This document shows, piece by piece, positions 13,130-25,160 of a stretch of 64,000 nt of DNA (its first letter is position 1; each line of letters opens with the position of its first letter). The DNA is taken from assembly GCA_028534125.1 (NCBI GenBank), contig CM052817.1, positions 72,542,001-72,606,000 on the forward strand. Reading direction: 5' to 3'. Origin of the DNA: Lama glama (lineage: Eukaryota). Made by a program: the position numbers and the translations under genes. The notes beneath the pieces were generated by a model. It was given only the letters and a program-made list of their open reading frames with translations. It was not told where the DNA came from and did no database searches.

Positions 13130-13300
13130 TGGGTGGTGGTTAAAGTACAATCTGAAAAGAAGAGTTCAAACCCAGGCATTGCTACTAACTGGCTATGAGT
13201 CCCTGGAAGAGTTACTTGTATTTATTTTTTTCAGGTGTAAAGTGAGAATCGTAGCACTTGCCCCTTACAGAGAATGTGCGGGTACACAAGACAATAGTAA
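13130..13300 (+). mobile_element. MIR
   Basis: gtggttaaag...gagttcaaacccaggcattgctactaactggctatgagtccctggaagagttactt...tgtaaagtgagaatcgtagcac. Confidence 0.7.
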
Positions 13301-13312
13301 TACAGTATTTTT

Positions 13313-13522
13313 CCCGTGGTGTGTGGGATTCAATCCGTGCTAGAACCTATTGCTAAATTTTTAGGAATATTAAAAGCCAGTTTGACTTCAGGCTGTTAGG
13401 TTAGAATTGATCATGATGGGAGAATGAATACCCTGGAAATTTGTAAATACAAACTACATTTGGGTTTTCTGTTTGTTTGTCTTCTCTGGAAAGCCAGTTG
13501 TTAAACACTTATCAGCACATTA
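13313..13522 (+). mobile_element. MER63A-like (hAT-Blackjack) DNA transposon
   Basis: cgtggtgtgtggg...attgctaaatttttaggaat...gaaagccagttgttaaacacttatcagcaca is collinear with MER63A as I recall it. Confidence 0.75.
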
Positions 13523-14269
13523 AGCACATCAAGTGGAATAAGTAAATCGATATTGTTAAGCAATGAAGGTCTTCTGTTTTGTAGTTTTTGAATTATGATT
13601 GACTCCTGGATAAAAATAGTAGGAATTGTTTCAAAGAGTAATTCAGAACAAATTACGCACATTTAAAACAAAGTGTAGCAAGATGTCAAAAATAACAAGA
13701 GAAAATTACTCTTTCATTTTGTCTTTCTCCTATTGTCTCAAGATAATTTTGATTTGTATAAATGAAAGCTATGGAGAAGATATAGGCCCTAGTTCTATAT
13801 CCCAGCTGGAAATCACAGTCAAGACTGCTAGCTATTAACAGAGTGACTTGTCCTCAGTGGGATGTCCTAGGAAGTGGATTAGCTTTGCATTAAACATCAT
13901 CAGGGATAAACAAGAAAACTCACCCTAGAAGCACTGCCAGTGGCTTAACATCAAGCCACAGAAAGAGCCCAAGGCAAGCATTACTCCTAATAAATATTCT
14001 GATACTGAATCTAAGGGACTCTAAATTTGGTTTGCAAGATTGCCAACACATGTTACAATGCTTCCTGGGGCCCCGTACCACCACAGAATCATTCTAAAAA
14101 GCCAACAGTAGTGGGTGAGAGAAGAGCTTTAAATCTGGATTTAATTTCTCATAAATGAAATAAATGTGTCTTTTTTACATTTTTCTGCATGCCTGTTGAC
14201 GAAAAAAAAAAACCCACTGCAGATTTACAGGGCTAGAAGACTGAAGTTCCAAGAGTCTTTGTTTGAGAA

Positions 14270-14390
14270 CAGTAAGATGTTCAAATCTAATTCATTACAA
14301 AATCCTACCAGAATACTTTTTTACTTGAGATGATAATTAAAATTTGCATTGAAGAGAGTGACCAAGTACAATAATCCCAGAAAGATTTTA
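14270..14390 (+). mobile_element. Old L1 ORF2 fragment
   Basis: aattcattacaaaatcctaccagaatactttttt...ataattaaaatttgcattgaagagagtgaccaagtaca. Confidence 0.45.
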
Positions 14391-17300
14391 ACTCTGGGTT
14401 CTTTTTATTTTTCTCACCGCTTTTTATTAATCAAAATGTATTTTATACAACAGTAAGGATAACAACAAAAATAACTGACATGACTATTATTTAGCACCTC
14501 ATCTGATGTAAGGCAGCGTGAGCAAGCTCAGATTGGGAGTGCACGTCCAGATGTGAGTGTAATTTTCGGAAAAATTGTTAAAAGAAAAGATCACTTAAGG
14601 ACCTAGGAGAGAAGTCAAAGCATATATCCTAACCGTTATTGCTACTGGGAGTGTGGAGTGTGATTTTTATATTCTCCAATTGTATTTAACATAGGATTTG
14701 GACTTAATTTCCCATTGCCAAGAATAGGCCCATAAAACGAGCTAACCATTCCTTTATGGACCTATTAGCCAACAACTACTAGCACTTTTAATAACAGCAA
14801 CATTTTGAAGGGTAGACCATTTGGAAATCACCAACACAGCAATGAGTCCTGTAAGCGTTCTTAGTAAATAAGGGATAAAAAGATTTTTTCCACAGTGGAA
14901 AAGAACAAGAGAGAGTTAGTGAAATATTTAGCTTGAAAATTATTGTCAATGTAATATGCCTTAATTATAAATTGGTTTTCTTCTTCTGATACTTATGTGT
15001 GTTGAATCCATAAGTAAGCATTTCCTGAGATAAAATGAAGAAACGGATAGAAAATAGTCTTAAAAACAAGGAAAGTATGAAATCTAAGCTTTCCAAGTGT
15101 AACCTTATTCTTATTTTGGTGTTGGTTATTAATATTATATTATTATTATCATTATTTATTAACATCATTAAAACAATGCAGTGATATACTTTTAACAGAA
15201 AAGTGAGCAAAGTTTCTCTCATGCCAACATAAAATTACCATTAAACATGAAATCTCCTATAACTCTTATGAAACAGAATTATTGGTTGTGTGTAGTGATT
15301 TTCATTGGTTTTTGGTTTTTTTTTTTTTTTTTGGAATAGTCATATCTGTCAGTTGGGCTGAAAAAATAAGAACCATTTATAAAGTAAAAATGTTCACTTT
15401 GAAATTTCCATGCCAATTCGGCAACAACAACAACGAAAAAACCCTGTAAACAATTTATGTCTAATGTAGAGGATTCCTGCGGCTGCTACAAAACAAAAAG
15501 TAACCACACCAAATGCATTATAGACATCACACTAACCAAAATTGACAGCGCTAGGATGGGGAATCAGACATAATCTCATTATTTGGCTGTAGTTTGGACA
15601 GCTTCTAGGCATGACTTAAGACACAGAATTCAAAAGATTACTTTCTAAAATGGCATCTTCCCATTCAAGCTTCTGTTTCCAATTTGTCTTCTCACTCATA
15701 CTCCATTCCTCTCCTTCTTCTCTCATCTTCCTCTCCCTCCCATGGTTGCCTCCTTACTTCCCTCCTGGCTTCCTGATCAGCTATTTCTGAAGTGGTAACA
15801 TACTTCCATGGGATTTCTTGTTTGCCCATCAAGAACTAAATGCAAATTATCTCACTATTACGCTGACCATGAAAGTCTGGGTTGGCCAAGGACCCTCTCA
15901 CGTGCGAAGTCATTGTTGTGCAGGGAAATGTTGGTGTGGGGCCAAATTCTTCTTAAATGAATTTACCAAAGGCCATTATCAAGGAACTAGATCTTTGGAA
16001 GCACTTATACAAAACATGGTGATAGTGGGAACCAGATGCTTTCATTTCTAGTACAACGCTTTTGGGAGTGGGGGTCTTTTTTTTTTTTTTCCTCCTGGTA
16101 AAAAGAGCAAGTTTCCACACTTTATCAAAGACATGTTGCAGTAAACTGTATCAAAGTTTGCCTCCACTAATCTGTGGCTGTTATTAATATCAATGGAGAA
16201 GAGCTATAAATTCCGCCCTGACATGGCTTCAGCGGTGTGAACCCCCAGATCTTCTCTAATCCTAAGATTAGATACTGAAGTGCTGCTTCAATTGTACGAT
16301 ATTATCACATCCTATCACTTGGCCCCGTTTCAAACTGGGGCATTTATTGACAATACTTTCCAAGCTGTTGCTAAGTTGTGAGCACTCCAGCTTATCTGTT
16401 GCTCCTTTTACAGCCTTAACTAGCAAGACTCTCTCAGAGGAAGTGTCCTGCTAATAATACCACCAGATACAGCCAGCTTGTTTTCACTCCTTTTAATACA
16501 AAGGGTCCTTGATAATCATAAACATTGATTTATTCTCAGTTACTTTTTTAAAGTGAAAGGTTCAGTCTCCTTTGATTTTTCTTTTTTTTTTTTTTTTGTT
16601 TTTTGAGGGGAGACCTAATGCTACTTTCACGTTCCTGTCTCTTTCTTTGGATTTCTTGTTGACCTCCTGAAAACCAGGTAAAGATATGAGGAACTATTTC
16701 TTGACTTTCATGGCCTTTTTTTTCCTTCCCTGTAAAAGACTACTTATGTGCAACTCTACAGTATGAATGGCGAATTAAGCACTTTAGGGAGTCAAGTAGA
16801 AGCTAGTGTCTTACTGCAGTAGACAATGAAGGCAACAAAAATAGCTAGACATATTTGGTGGGGAAACATACCTTGTCAGCTGAAAACAGGACTTGCCAAG
16901 CTTTCTGGACCATTAGAGTTTTATAAATATGTGGTTACATACACACAGAACACTAGGTAGGGTTGAATCTGCTTGGCATCGGCATTTAGATATCTAAGTG
17001 GAGATAAAGTATAAGGCATTGCAAACTCAAAAGGAGCAAAAGTGAACTGCAGATCATCCCAGCAAATCCACTCTTTTGGCAATATTCCCCACCTAGTTTC
17101 TAGCAACTCCATCAGGTTTAGGTTTTTTCAGAGATGACTAGAATTTTAGAATAAAATATGAGAAAAAGTAAAATATGATTTCACTCATTTATTTAACCTC
17201 TGTTAAAATCATAATTATACTGATTTTGTTAAAGAAAAATTACCAAAAATCTACATTTTTATAAGCATACTAATAATTTTCTTAATAACTGTTAGATAAA

Positions 17301-18189
17301 ATAATCCATAACAGGTTACATATTCCCAGAAGGTAAAATCTCTCTGTATACTATGTATGTTTAATGAAAGCTTATAAAATCTGAGGAAGACAAAAATAAA
17401 ATTTTAAAATTCAACACACAAAATAAATAAATTGGGACAACTAGAGAATGGTAAAAACAAAAAGTATTACATTGATCCACCCACAATACAACTGACCTCA
17501 GGAACTATAAGATACTTATACAGTAAACTTCAAAAATATTTGCATTTAATTTTGAATAAATAAATATCACTGGTATATAAGCCAGGGACCTTTGCTAGCA
17601 CTTTGTCAGTTTTCTTTGATCTATGGAAGTTCTAAGTCCTTTTCCAGATTTGAGCTAATTACCAGGAGGCTTCTTTTCCTCTGCTCCGCCTGCCTTTGGC
17701 CTTGTGCATCACCATCAGCTGTTTTGGTCTGTTACTGACTTTGGCATAACTTTGGCATAAATGTCAGTCCTCCTGTTAGTGTGCATAAGAAAGCCTTCCT
17801 TTTCGATATTTGAAGATTTTAGAGGGGCACACAGTGAAGTCTTACCACAGGGCATGTAGCCTTCCACCATTTTTCTGGTTCTTTTCTTTCTCTTCCTCTT
17901 CTACTCCTTTCTCATTCTTTCTCCCTTTTAGAAGCAAAGCAAGTCTTCTCTGTAACTCATGTTTAGTTGACCTTTGCATTCTGATGTGTCGGTGCATGAA
18001 AACATTCTCGTTACTGAGACTGTCGCCTACCCAAGCAAACTAGTGAATGTCTTTTCTAAAACAAAGCATTTCTCTCCACAAGGAAAAATGCTAGTTACTG
18101 CTGCAAATAATTTAAAAATTAAATTCCAACCAGTTGATCTTTATAACATTAAGTAGCAAGAGAAATTGCTCTAGTAGCCTTCAGTAAAA

Positions 18190-18610
18190 ATAGAATTTAG
18201 TTCCTACTTTTCCCAGAAAGAATTTTATGCAACTTGAAAATACTAAAATCTAGCTAATTATTGTAACATAAATAAAGGTAAATAAGAAAATGTGGACAAA
18301 GGGAAAATACAGTAAAGATAACTAAGATGAAGCAAGGAATCAGAATGGTATATTAAATGTCTACTGAAGAATGACCAACAAATTTAACTCTGATATCAAC
18401 AGTCATTTCAAAGGGGGAACCTAATCAATCCCATGATTCAGTTGCCATAAAGTTAAAAAAGAACTGTTTCTCAGAAACCCAACTATCCACAGCATAAAGA
18501 TTGAAAAAAAAAATACCTTTTACGACTGCATTAAAAAGATACTCTGTAATAAGGTAAACAAGATTCTCAAATAAAAATCCTTAGGATAAATAAAAATATG
18601 AGTGTAAAAG
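18190..18610 (-). mobile_element. Probable Mam_R4 (Dong-R4 clade non-LTR retrotransposon) relic
   Basis: caacaaatttaactctga...aaagggggaacctaatcaatcccatgattca...ccataaagttaaaaaagaactgtttctcag...aaaagatactctgtaata is collinear with my recollection of Mam_R4. Confidence 0.55.
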
Positions 18611-18939
18611 AGTAGGCCAAATGCATTAGAAGTTAAGGGTACTTAATAAAACTAGGTTTTTGAGGGACATAGTCAATGCACTCATTTCTTTGCTATCTCA
18701 GTAGCACTCGGAGTGCCAAGGAATGTTTAACATTAATTGAATATGGTTTTCAAAAGTCAAACCAGTCACTACCTTTCCTTTAGTTCTGTGGTTGGTAAAA
18801 TCACGGTAAGGTCTTCTGTGAGCAAGACAATATAGTATTAATTTACTCTAAAAACAGAATGTATTAAACTTACTTTCTTCAATTAATTGCATAATTTGGA
18901 ACCTCGAGTATCTGATATTTTAAGAAATATTTCTCCTTA

Positions 18940-19046
18940 CAAAATGCCCATTGGTAAAAATTAGTCCTATGCCTTGCCTACCTGCAAGGAGGCTAAGAAA
19001 TGGAAAAGAGCCAATGGAAAACTGTGGACATCACTTTCTCTGCCAC
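18940..19046 (-). mobile_element. MLT1 LTR fragment
   Basis: cccattggtaaaaattagtcc...cctacctgcaaggaggctaagaaatg...tctctgccaca. Confidence 0.5.
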
Positions 19047-21136
19047 AAAGCCTGGGTTATAATCTTGCAAATCCATTTCAAGATCATCTTCACTGGTTCC
19101 CTATGATCAGTAATCTTATATTGTACATCAAGATGCCTCTTTCATATTATAAAATAAATCTACACTGTAAAAAACTGCAACAATTATTTCCAATTTGGAT
19201 TTTCACTTCTGAGGAATAAAGCATACCCATATTGGCAATATCATATTTATGGAGAAAAGCTTTCAAATGAAATTACAGCCTAAAATGTTTTCTCTCCTCA
19301 ATTAGGGAAAAAATAAAAGACTATGTAATAATTTAATTATTTTGTAAGGGAAAAAAACTACCATATTTATGTAAGCAGTTTTTTTCTATTTTGATTTTGT
19401 AAACTATACTTAAATTTTCTTTTAAATGTTCCCAAACCAAATGTGTAATATTAGGTGATTTTCAAATTGATTGGTTGGCAATCTTATTTTTCTTATTTAA
19501 TTAATTGAAAGCAAGTTTAACTGATTTTATTAATTAAATGAAAATATGTTTTATAATATAAATACTATTAAGGATTGAATAAAAAGCTCTATAATAAAAT
19601 CGTTACTAATACACTAATAAACGATTTTATTTACTTAAAATCATTTCTTATCATTTGCCATGAAAGAAAACTTTTCAAAATTCCTACTGATTTTTAAAAA
19701 TTATCTTTAGTGATAAAAATGGATCACTAAAAAGAAAAATATATAGTTAGAAATTGCTGGTACAGAAAAAATGATTACTGAACTGATATTACAAAATCTG
19801 AGTTCTCAGACTGGCTCTGTTCCCCATTTCTCCTGTCAGCAAATCAAGGGTTCGCTGAAAGATTACTGGGGCACAAAAGAGGGCCCTCCCAGGAGCCTTT
19901 CATCAGACTGTGTATTAACAGTAGGAAGGCACTGCAACCACTTCACGCCAAACCACACTGTAACAGACCCAGTGAGAAAGTTCTGTTCATTCTTCATCCC
20001 TCACTCTTCCAAATGCTTTTGAATGATTTGCTAGGATAATGCCACTAATTAGGATTAAAAAGTGAAGTAAAACCTATGAGAAGACATAGTATAGGAAAAA
20101 AACACATAAGGAAACAAAGTACAATGAATATGAAAAAAAATGGTTTCACCACAAAAGACTGGTCACCCAGGATACGACTTTACGATACTGCCTTCCATCC
20201 AATAGCACAGTCTGTCCTTTTACTTGTTCAGTTCTCACGTTATTACTTTAAAATATTTTGTACCTTTATTCATAGCTATCTGATTAATTTTGAAAGAATT
20301 TTAAAGGTTTTCTCAATAATATGCATGGCATTTTTACAATTTCATTTTAGTTAACTGTTGACAGTATAGATGAAACCTATTGTCCTGTATCTGTTTATTT
20401 TTATTTATCAAAGTCATTTAATAATTTTAGTATTTTTTAGAAGATGCTATTAGAATATTTCTAAGTATCCAGTAATCAAGTTATATGTGCATATACACAA
20501 ATGCATAAATAATTCAATCTCTTTATAGATTTTATTTAATTTTTTTCTCTTGGCTGACTGATGTCACATTGAAGAATTCATTCCCAAAATACTTAAGTGG
20601 CTTGCGAAAATACAAAATAATAAAACAAGATTAAAAACTTTCAGATGCAATAAATCAAAGAAAATTGAATAAATAATAAGCTTCAAAAATTGGCAATCAT
20701 GTAAGGAAACAGAAATCCTAAATACAATAAAGATACAAAACACACATCAATTTCTAATTCTCAAGACCCTTGCTGATGAGTCAATGAATTCTGAGATTCT
20801 TTATTAATACTCCTAAATATGGACTTTATAAAAATCAAATGAGTTTCCTTATTTTTTTCTTCCTTTTACTGAAGAGAAGTGAAAAAGTTTGTTGGAAAAT
20901 AAGCAATATCACTGACTCTTCTTCCTATAGATATATATTTATTCCCATGGGGGATAGATACAACTTTAATTAAGCATATTTCAATCAGAGAAAATCAGCC
21001 TTTTGTTTACTCCTCAGTTTCCCTCCAGCAACCTTTTCCACTTCTCCTCAGTACAAAGAAAAGATCAAATCATTAAAGAATGCAATCTGGAGGAAGTATA
21101 AATCAGCGAAAAGATGATTATTCCTTACTTCTTTAT

Positions 21137-21505
21137 TGCTACAGACTGAATGCTTGTGTCCTCCCAAAATTCATATGTTGATACCCAATCCCCAGTGTGA
21201 TGGTATTTAGAGGTAACATCTTTAGGAAGTGATTAGGTCATGAGGGCAGAAGCCTCATGAATTGGATTAGTATCCTTATAAAAGAGAGACTTCTGAAAGC
21301 TTCCTTGTCCCCTTCTACTATGTGAGGGCGCAGCAAGATGACCATCTACAAACCAGGAAGCCTGCCCTTAGCAGATACTGAATCTACAGGGGCCTTGATT
21401 TTGGACTTCCAAGCCTCCAAGAGCTATGAAAAAAAAAAATTCTATTATTTTCAAATGACCCAGTTGACAGCATTTTTGTTATGGTAGTCCAAATGAACTA
21501 AGACA
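21137..21505 (+). mobile_element. Solo LTR, MLT1A-type (ERVL-MaLR)
   Basis: tgctacagactgaatgcttgtgtcctcccaaaattcatatgttga...tgattttggacttccaagcctcca...aactaagaca, with perfect 5-bp TSD TTTAT at 21132-21136 and 21506-21510. Confidence 0.92.
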
Positions 21506-21639
21506 TTTATACTAAAAAATACACAGCAAGAACATGAGTTAAATTGAATAAGATACCAGAGTTGAGATGTTAATATCTAGAACAGGCTAGAAAGTGATAT
21601 TTAATATTGAGAAAACAGATTGAGAATAAAACAACTTTA

Positions 21640-22265
21640 TTGCAGAATTAATAATAAATTAGAAGCAGAATGACCAAATATGCGTGATTCAAAAGTTAAT
21701 TGGCATAAATAAAAGGCTTGAAATAATAATCCTAAATGTAGGATGGGCCAAGACCAAGATCTTAAACTAAAAGAAGATAATGTACTTGAAAGATAGATCA
21801 AGATGAACAAGATGAAGTAGAAAACCCAGCAAAGGGACCAAACGATATGTCTGATGTTATTTACATAAATCTGAAATAAAGAAAGAAAACTGAATTTGCA
21901 GCTAAAAGGGTACAAAGAAAAATCTGAGACAGACTGTTCAATCCCAGTTTAGCCATAGAATGTCAAGGATTAAGAAAGAATTACTCAAGCATCTAGATAG
22001 AGAAAGCAATTCACCTGCACGGATGGAAAATTCAAGCAGGCTTCAGATTTCTCCACAGAAATATACGGTGCCAGAAAACAATTGCACAACGTAGACAAGT
22101 GTGATGCAAGAACATAATACCCAGCCAAGCAGTTATTCAAGTAAAAAGGCAGCAGATATTTTTAAACATGAAAAAATTCAGGAAATGCAACAGCCATAAG
22201 TCATACTGACAAAAGGAAAAAGGTTTCAATGGCAAAATCCAATCATTTAAGAGATAAAGTTCAAA
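21640..22265 (+). mobile_element. HAL1 / L1 ORF1-like fragment
   Basis: ggcttcagatttctccacagaaatatacggtgccagaaaaca...atacccagccaagcagttattcaagtaaaaaggcagcaga...catgaaaaaattcagg. Confidence 0.7.
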
Positions 22266-22414
22266 AGCAATCATCCCAGAATTTATCTATTGAAATTTAG
22301 AATTTAAAAACAAATTGTTAATTTTAATTCCAGGTCATTTTTTAGTGCTGCATTTGAATCTCTTTAGTTTCTCTTCTTTTTTTCTTTTTCTTTTTTTAAT
22401 TATTTGTGTGGATA

Positions 22415-22463
22415 ATTTGTTTTCTTTCTTTCTTTAAATTGAAGTATAGTCAGTTACAGTGTG
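22415..22463 (-). mobile_element. Tiny young L1 3' tail
   Basis: T-rich tract followed by aaattgaagtatagtcagttaca. Confidence 0.55.
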
Positions 22464-22464
22464 A

Positions 22465-22610
22465 GATTTTTCTATTGTTGGTATTAATATTGCCATCTAT
22501 ATCCATCTGTTTTCTGGCACTGAATGTTACTATGGAAAAATCAAAGACCTTCCTGGTTTTCTTCCAGAAATTCTGCTTATTATTTTTCTCTCTGGATGCT
22601 GAGTGCCCTT
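22465..22610 (-). mobile_element. Second HAL1/L1 ORF1-like fragment, opposite orientation
   Basis: Reverse complement is homologous to 21988-22085 (shared exact 13-mer gtgccagaaaaca). Confidence 0.65.
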
Positions 22611-23379
22611 AAGTGTTCTTCTAGGTAAATTGCCTTTTCTGTTTGGAAAGTTGCACAGTGTGGTAGGCTGTTTGGAAACTTGTACAGTGTGGCAGGCAGA
22701 CAGCAGGCCTGAATCACCTTCCAGGTTTCTTTGGTTTTCATATTACATGAAAGGGGTTCAGAAGTTCCTGCATGCCACGCGCTGCAGGACCACCACCCTA
22801 TACAGCTTTCTCGAAGAGCTGTCTGAACTGTGGAAGCTAAGAGTAAGCTGTTACAGCACCTTGAGACACAGTAAACCCACCGCTGAGGGCAAGTGCTGCT
22901 GTCTCTGCTCCTGCCAGTCAGCAGTTTGAGGACGGGCATGCCTTCAATTCTACCTTAAAATAGCAAGAGGGAACTTCTCTTCTCCACAGGCTCTAATTAG
23001 TGCTCTCCTGGTCCTTGGGTAGGGAAAATCTCAGTCATTTAGTTCACTATGCTCTATTTTTGCAGGCAGTAGGGTGCCCCGGGTCCTACCAGTGCCGGGA
23101 CCATCCTTCCACTGGTACTTCACACAACTCATGGGTCATGTTCTGTGTAAAGGTATCGGGGTTGTGGTGTTTTCTCCACCCTTTCTGCCACCTCAAGTCA
23201 CTAAGGTTTGGTGCAGCTGAGAGGGGAAGCAAAGCCTTGTGGACGCCCTAACCTCCCACATTCTGGCACAGAACAAAGTTTTGTTTTCATTCTCATGCCC
23301 TGTCCTACCTTCTGCTACACTTGGGAGAGATAGTCAGACTGTAGTGACAAAAGGAAAAAGTCAGACACATGTATTCAGC

Positions 23380-23715
23380 CTGTGTGGTAGTCATGGGAGT
23401 CATGGAAGATGTGCACGCCGAATGGACTGTTCAAAGTGCTTACCTCCTGCTGTGTGGACAGCCTCCGCTACTCAATCTGCCTCCAGATCCAGCACCACGT
23501 TTCCATGGGGGCCACACTTCCCACAGGCTACTCCTAGCCAATGACCAAGGATGGTGGGGGAACAAAAGCAGGCCTGTCCCTGAGAAATTCAGGACCCTTG
23601 TAAAGAGCATCTTTAGCTCAAGGACTCCTTGTTGGCCTGGCCAATTCAAGAACCTTCTACCCAATCATCCTCCCGTCTCTCTTTCCCATTACAGGTATCA
23701 GACCTGCATCTCCCC
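23380..23715 (+). mobile_element. LTR16-family (ERVL) LTR, partial
   Basis: tagccaatgaccaagg...atctttagctcaaggactccttgttggcctggcc...ctacccaatcatcctccc...acaggtatcagacctgcatc. Confidence 0.75.
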
Positions 23716-23994
23716 CTTAAAGAAGCAGTGGGAAAATGAGGGTGAAACCCTGAAACCTGGAATTTAATATTACTTATCAAAATAACAACAGCAATAACAA
23801 AGTTTACACAAAAGACTATTTTATCCTTAAAGAGTCTTAAAACTGGAAGATAGCATACCTGGCAAGGTAATCTTTCCCCTACCATCCCATTCTGTAAGTT
23901 TGGATATTTTAGGGAAAAAATTAGGCAAAACACACGTACTTTCCCTGTGGCTAAGTGTGAAGAAAGAAGAGATAATATTAAATAAAGTGAGGTA

Positions 23995-24180
23995 AAATTT
24001 TAAGCACTTTATACATATCAATTATTAATACTTCATAAAACTTAAGATATTAAAAATTATTTCCCCCATTTTACAGATGTAGAAAATGAGGCACAGAAAG
24101 GTGAAGTGACTTTCTCAAAGCCACACAGCTAGGAAGCAAGCAGCAGAACTGGGATTCAAGCCCAGATACTGTGGCTCCTT
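23995..24180 (-). mobile_element. MIR
   Basis: cccattttacagatgtagaaaatgaggcacagaaaggtgaagtgactttctcaaagccacacagctag...ctgggattcaagcccag. Confidence 0.9.
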
Positions 24181-24504
24181 AGATGGCAAGATCTGTCATT
24201 TTGGCCAGCTGTCTCTTCATATGTTTCATGAACTGAAGAGAATGGCAATCTCCTTATTGATGTACAAATTAAGTACAAGCTTTGTTCCCTTGCAATTAAG
24301 ACTCAACAAACTGTCCCAGACCTATTATTCCTGCTTCATTACTTATTACTCTATTTCATGAACTTTAATTGTACTCAAAAGAAATTGGATTTTTTTCTGT
24401 TTTTCATAGTTTAATTCTCTTTTCATATATTCATGATATCACCTGTGTACCAGCTTTCCCTGGCAGGTACCATAGCCCCCAAACACATGTATATATATTT
24501 TATC

Positions 24505-25160
24505 GCTCAATAATTATTTATTAAGCATTTATCACATGTCTAGCACTTGGTAGACACTAAACATTCACTGGTAAAAATGACAGGCAAGTTTTTCATCCTC
24601 AACAGAGCTTATACTCTAGTGTCAAAGACTAGATGAACTAGATAAGATAAATACAGATTTCAGACAATGTTGTAAATAGAAATACAGGAGAGTAAAAGAG
24701 AGACAGAAACTGAGGAAGAAGATGGTCACATGGCATCTTAGCTGAAATCTGAAGGATAAGAAGAGACTGTCTGCAAGTTGCCCAGGTGAGGGCTTTCTAA
24801 GAGAAAAGGAAAGCCACTGAAAGGACTTAAGCAGAGCGACTGTTCGAGCTCTGGGGAAGAGATGATGCTGGGATGGATGGGTGGTCGCAGTGATGACGAG
24901 AACTGCAGAGATTTGGTCAGGGGTTGGATGGGTGATGCTAGAGCACAGGGTGGAGGCCAAGGAAGAATAAAAAGGATATCTCCTAAGTTTGGGACTTGAG
25001 CAACTCAGAAGATGCTGGTACCATTTATCATGATGTGAGAGGCTGAGTATATGGCAGAAAACTCCAAGACTTCCATCTTAGACATAAATCAGAAATTCCT
25101 AATCAATACCCAGTCAAAGATATCAAGTAGGTGAGATACAGAAATCTGGAGCTCAGAATC
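24505..25160 (-). mobile_element. L2a 3' portion
   Basis: aattatttattaagcatttatcacatgtctagcac...agagcttatactctagtg...gagcaactcagaagatgctggtaccattt...aatctggagctcaga. Confidence 0.8.

Noticed and set aside
12714..13143. 134-aa and 73-aa ORFs
   Set aside because: Overlap purine-rich L2-like sequence, with no homology recognised and no splice support
22580..23767. Cluster of 80-130 aa overlapping ORFs
   Set aside because: GC-richer repeat-derived sequence (HAL1/L1-adjacent region and LTR16) has fewer stops, and no peptide is recognisable
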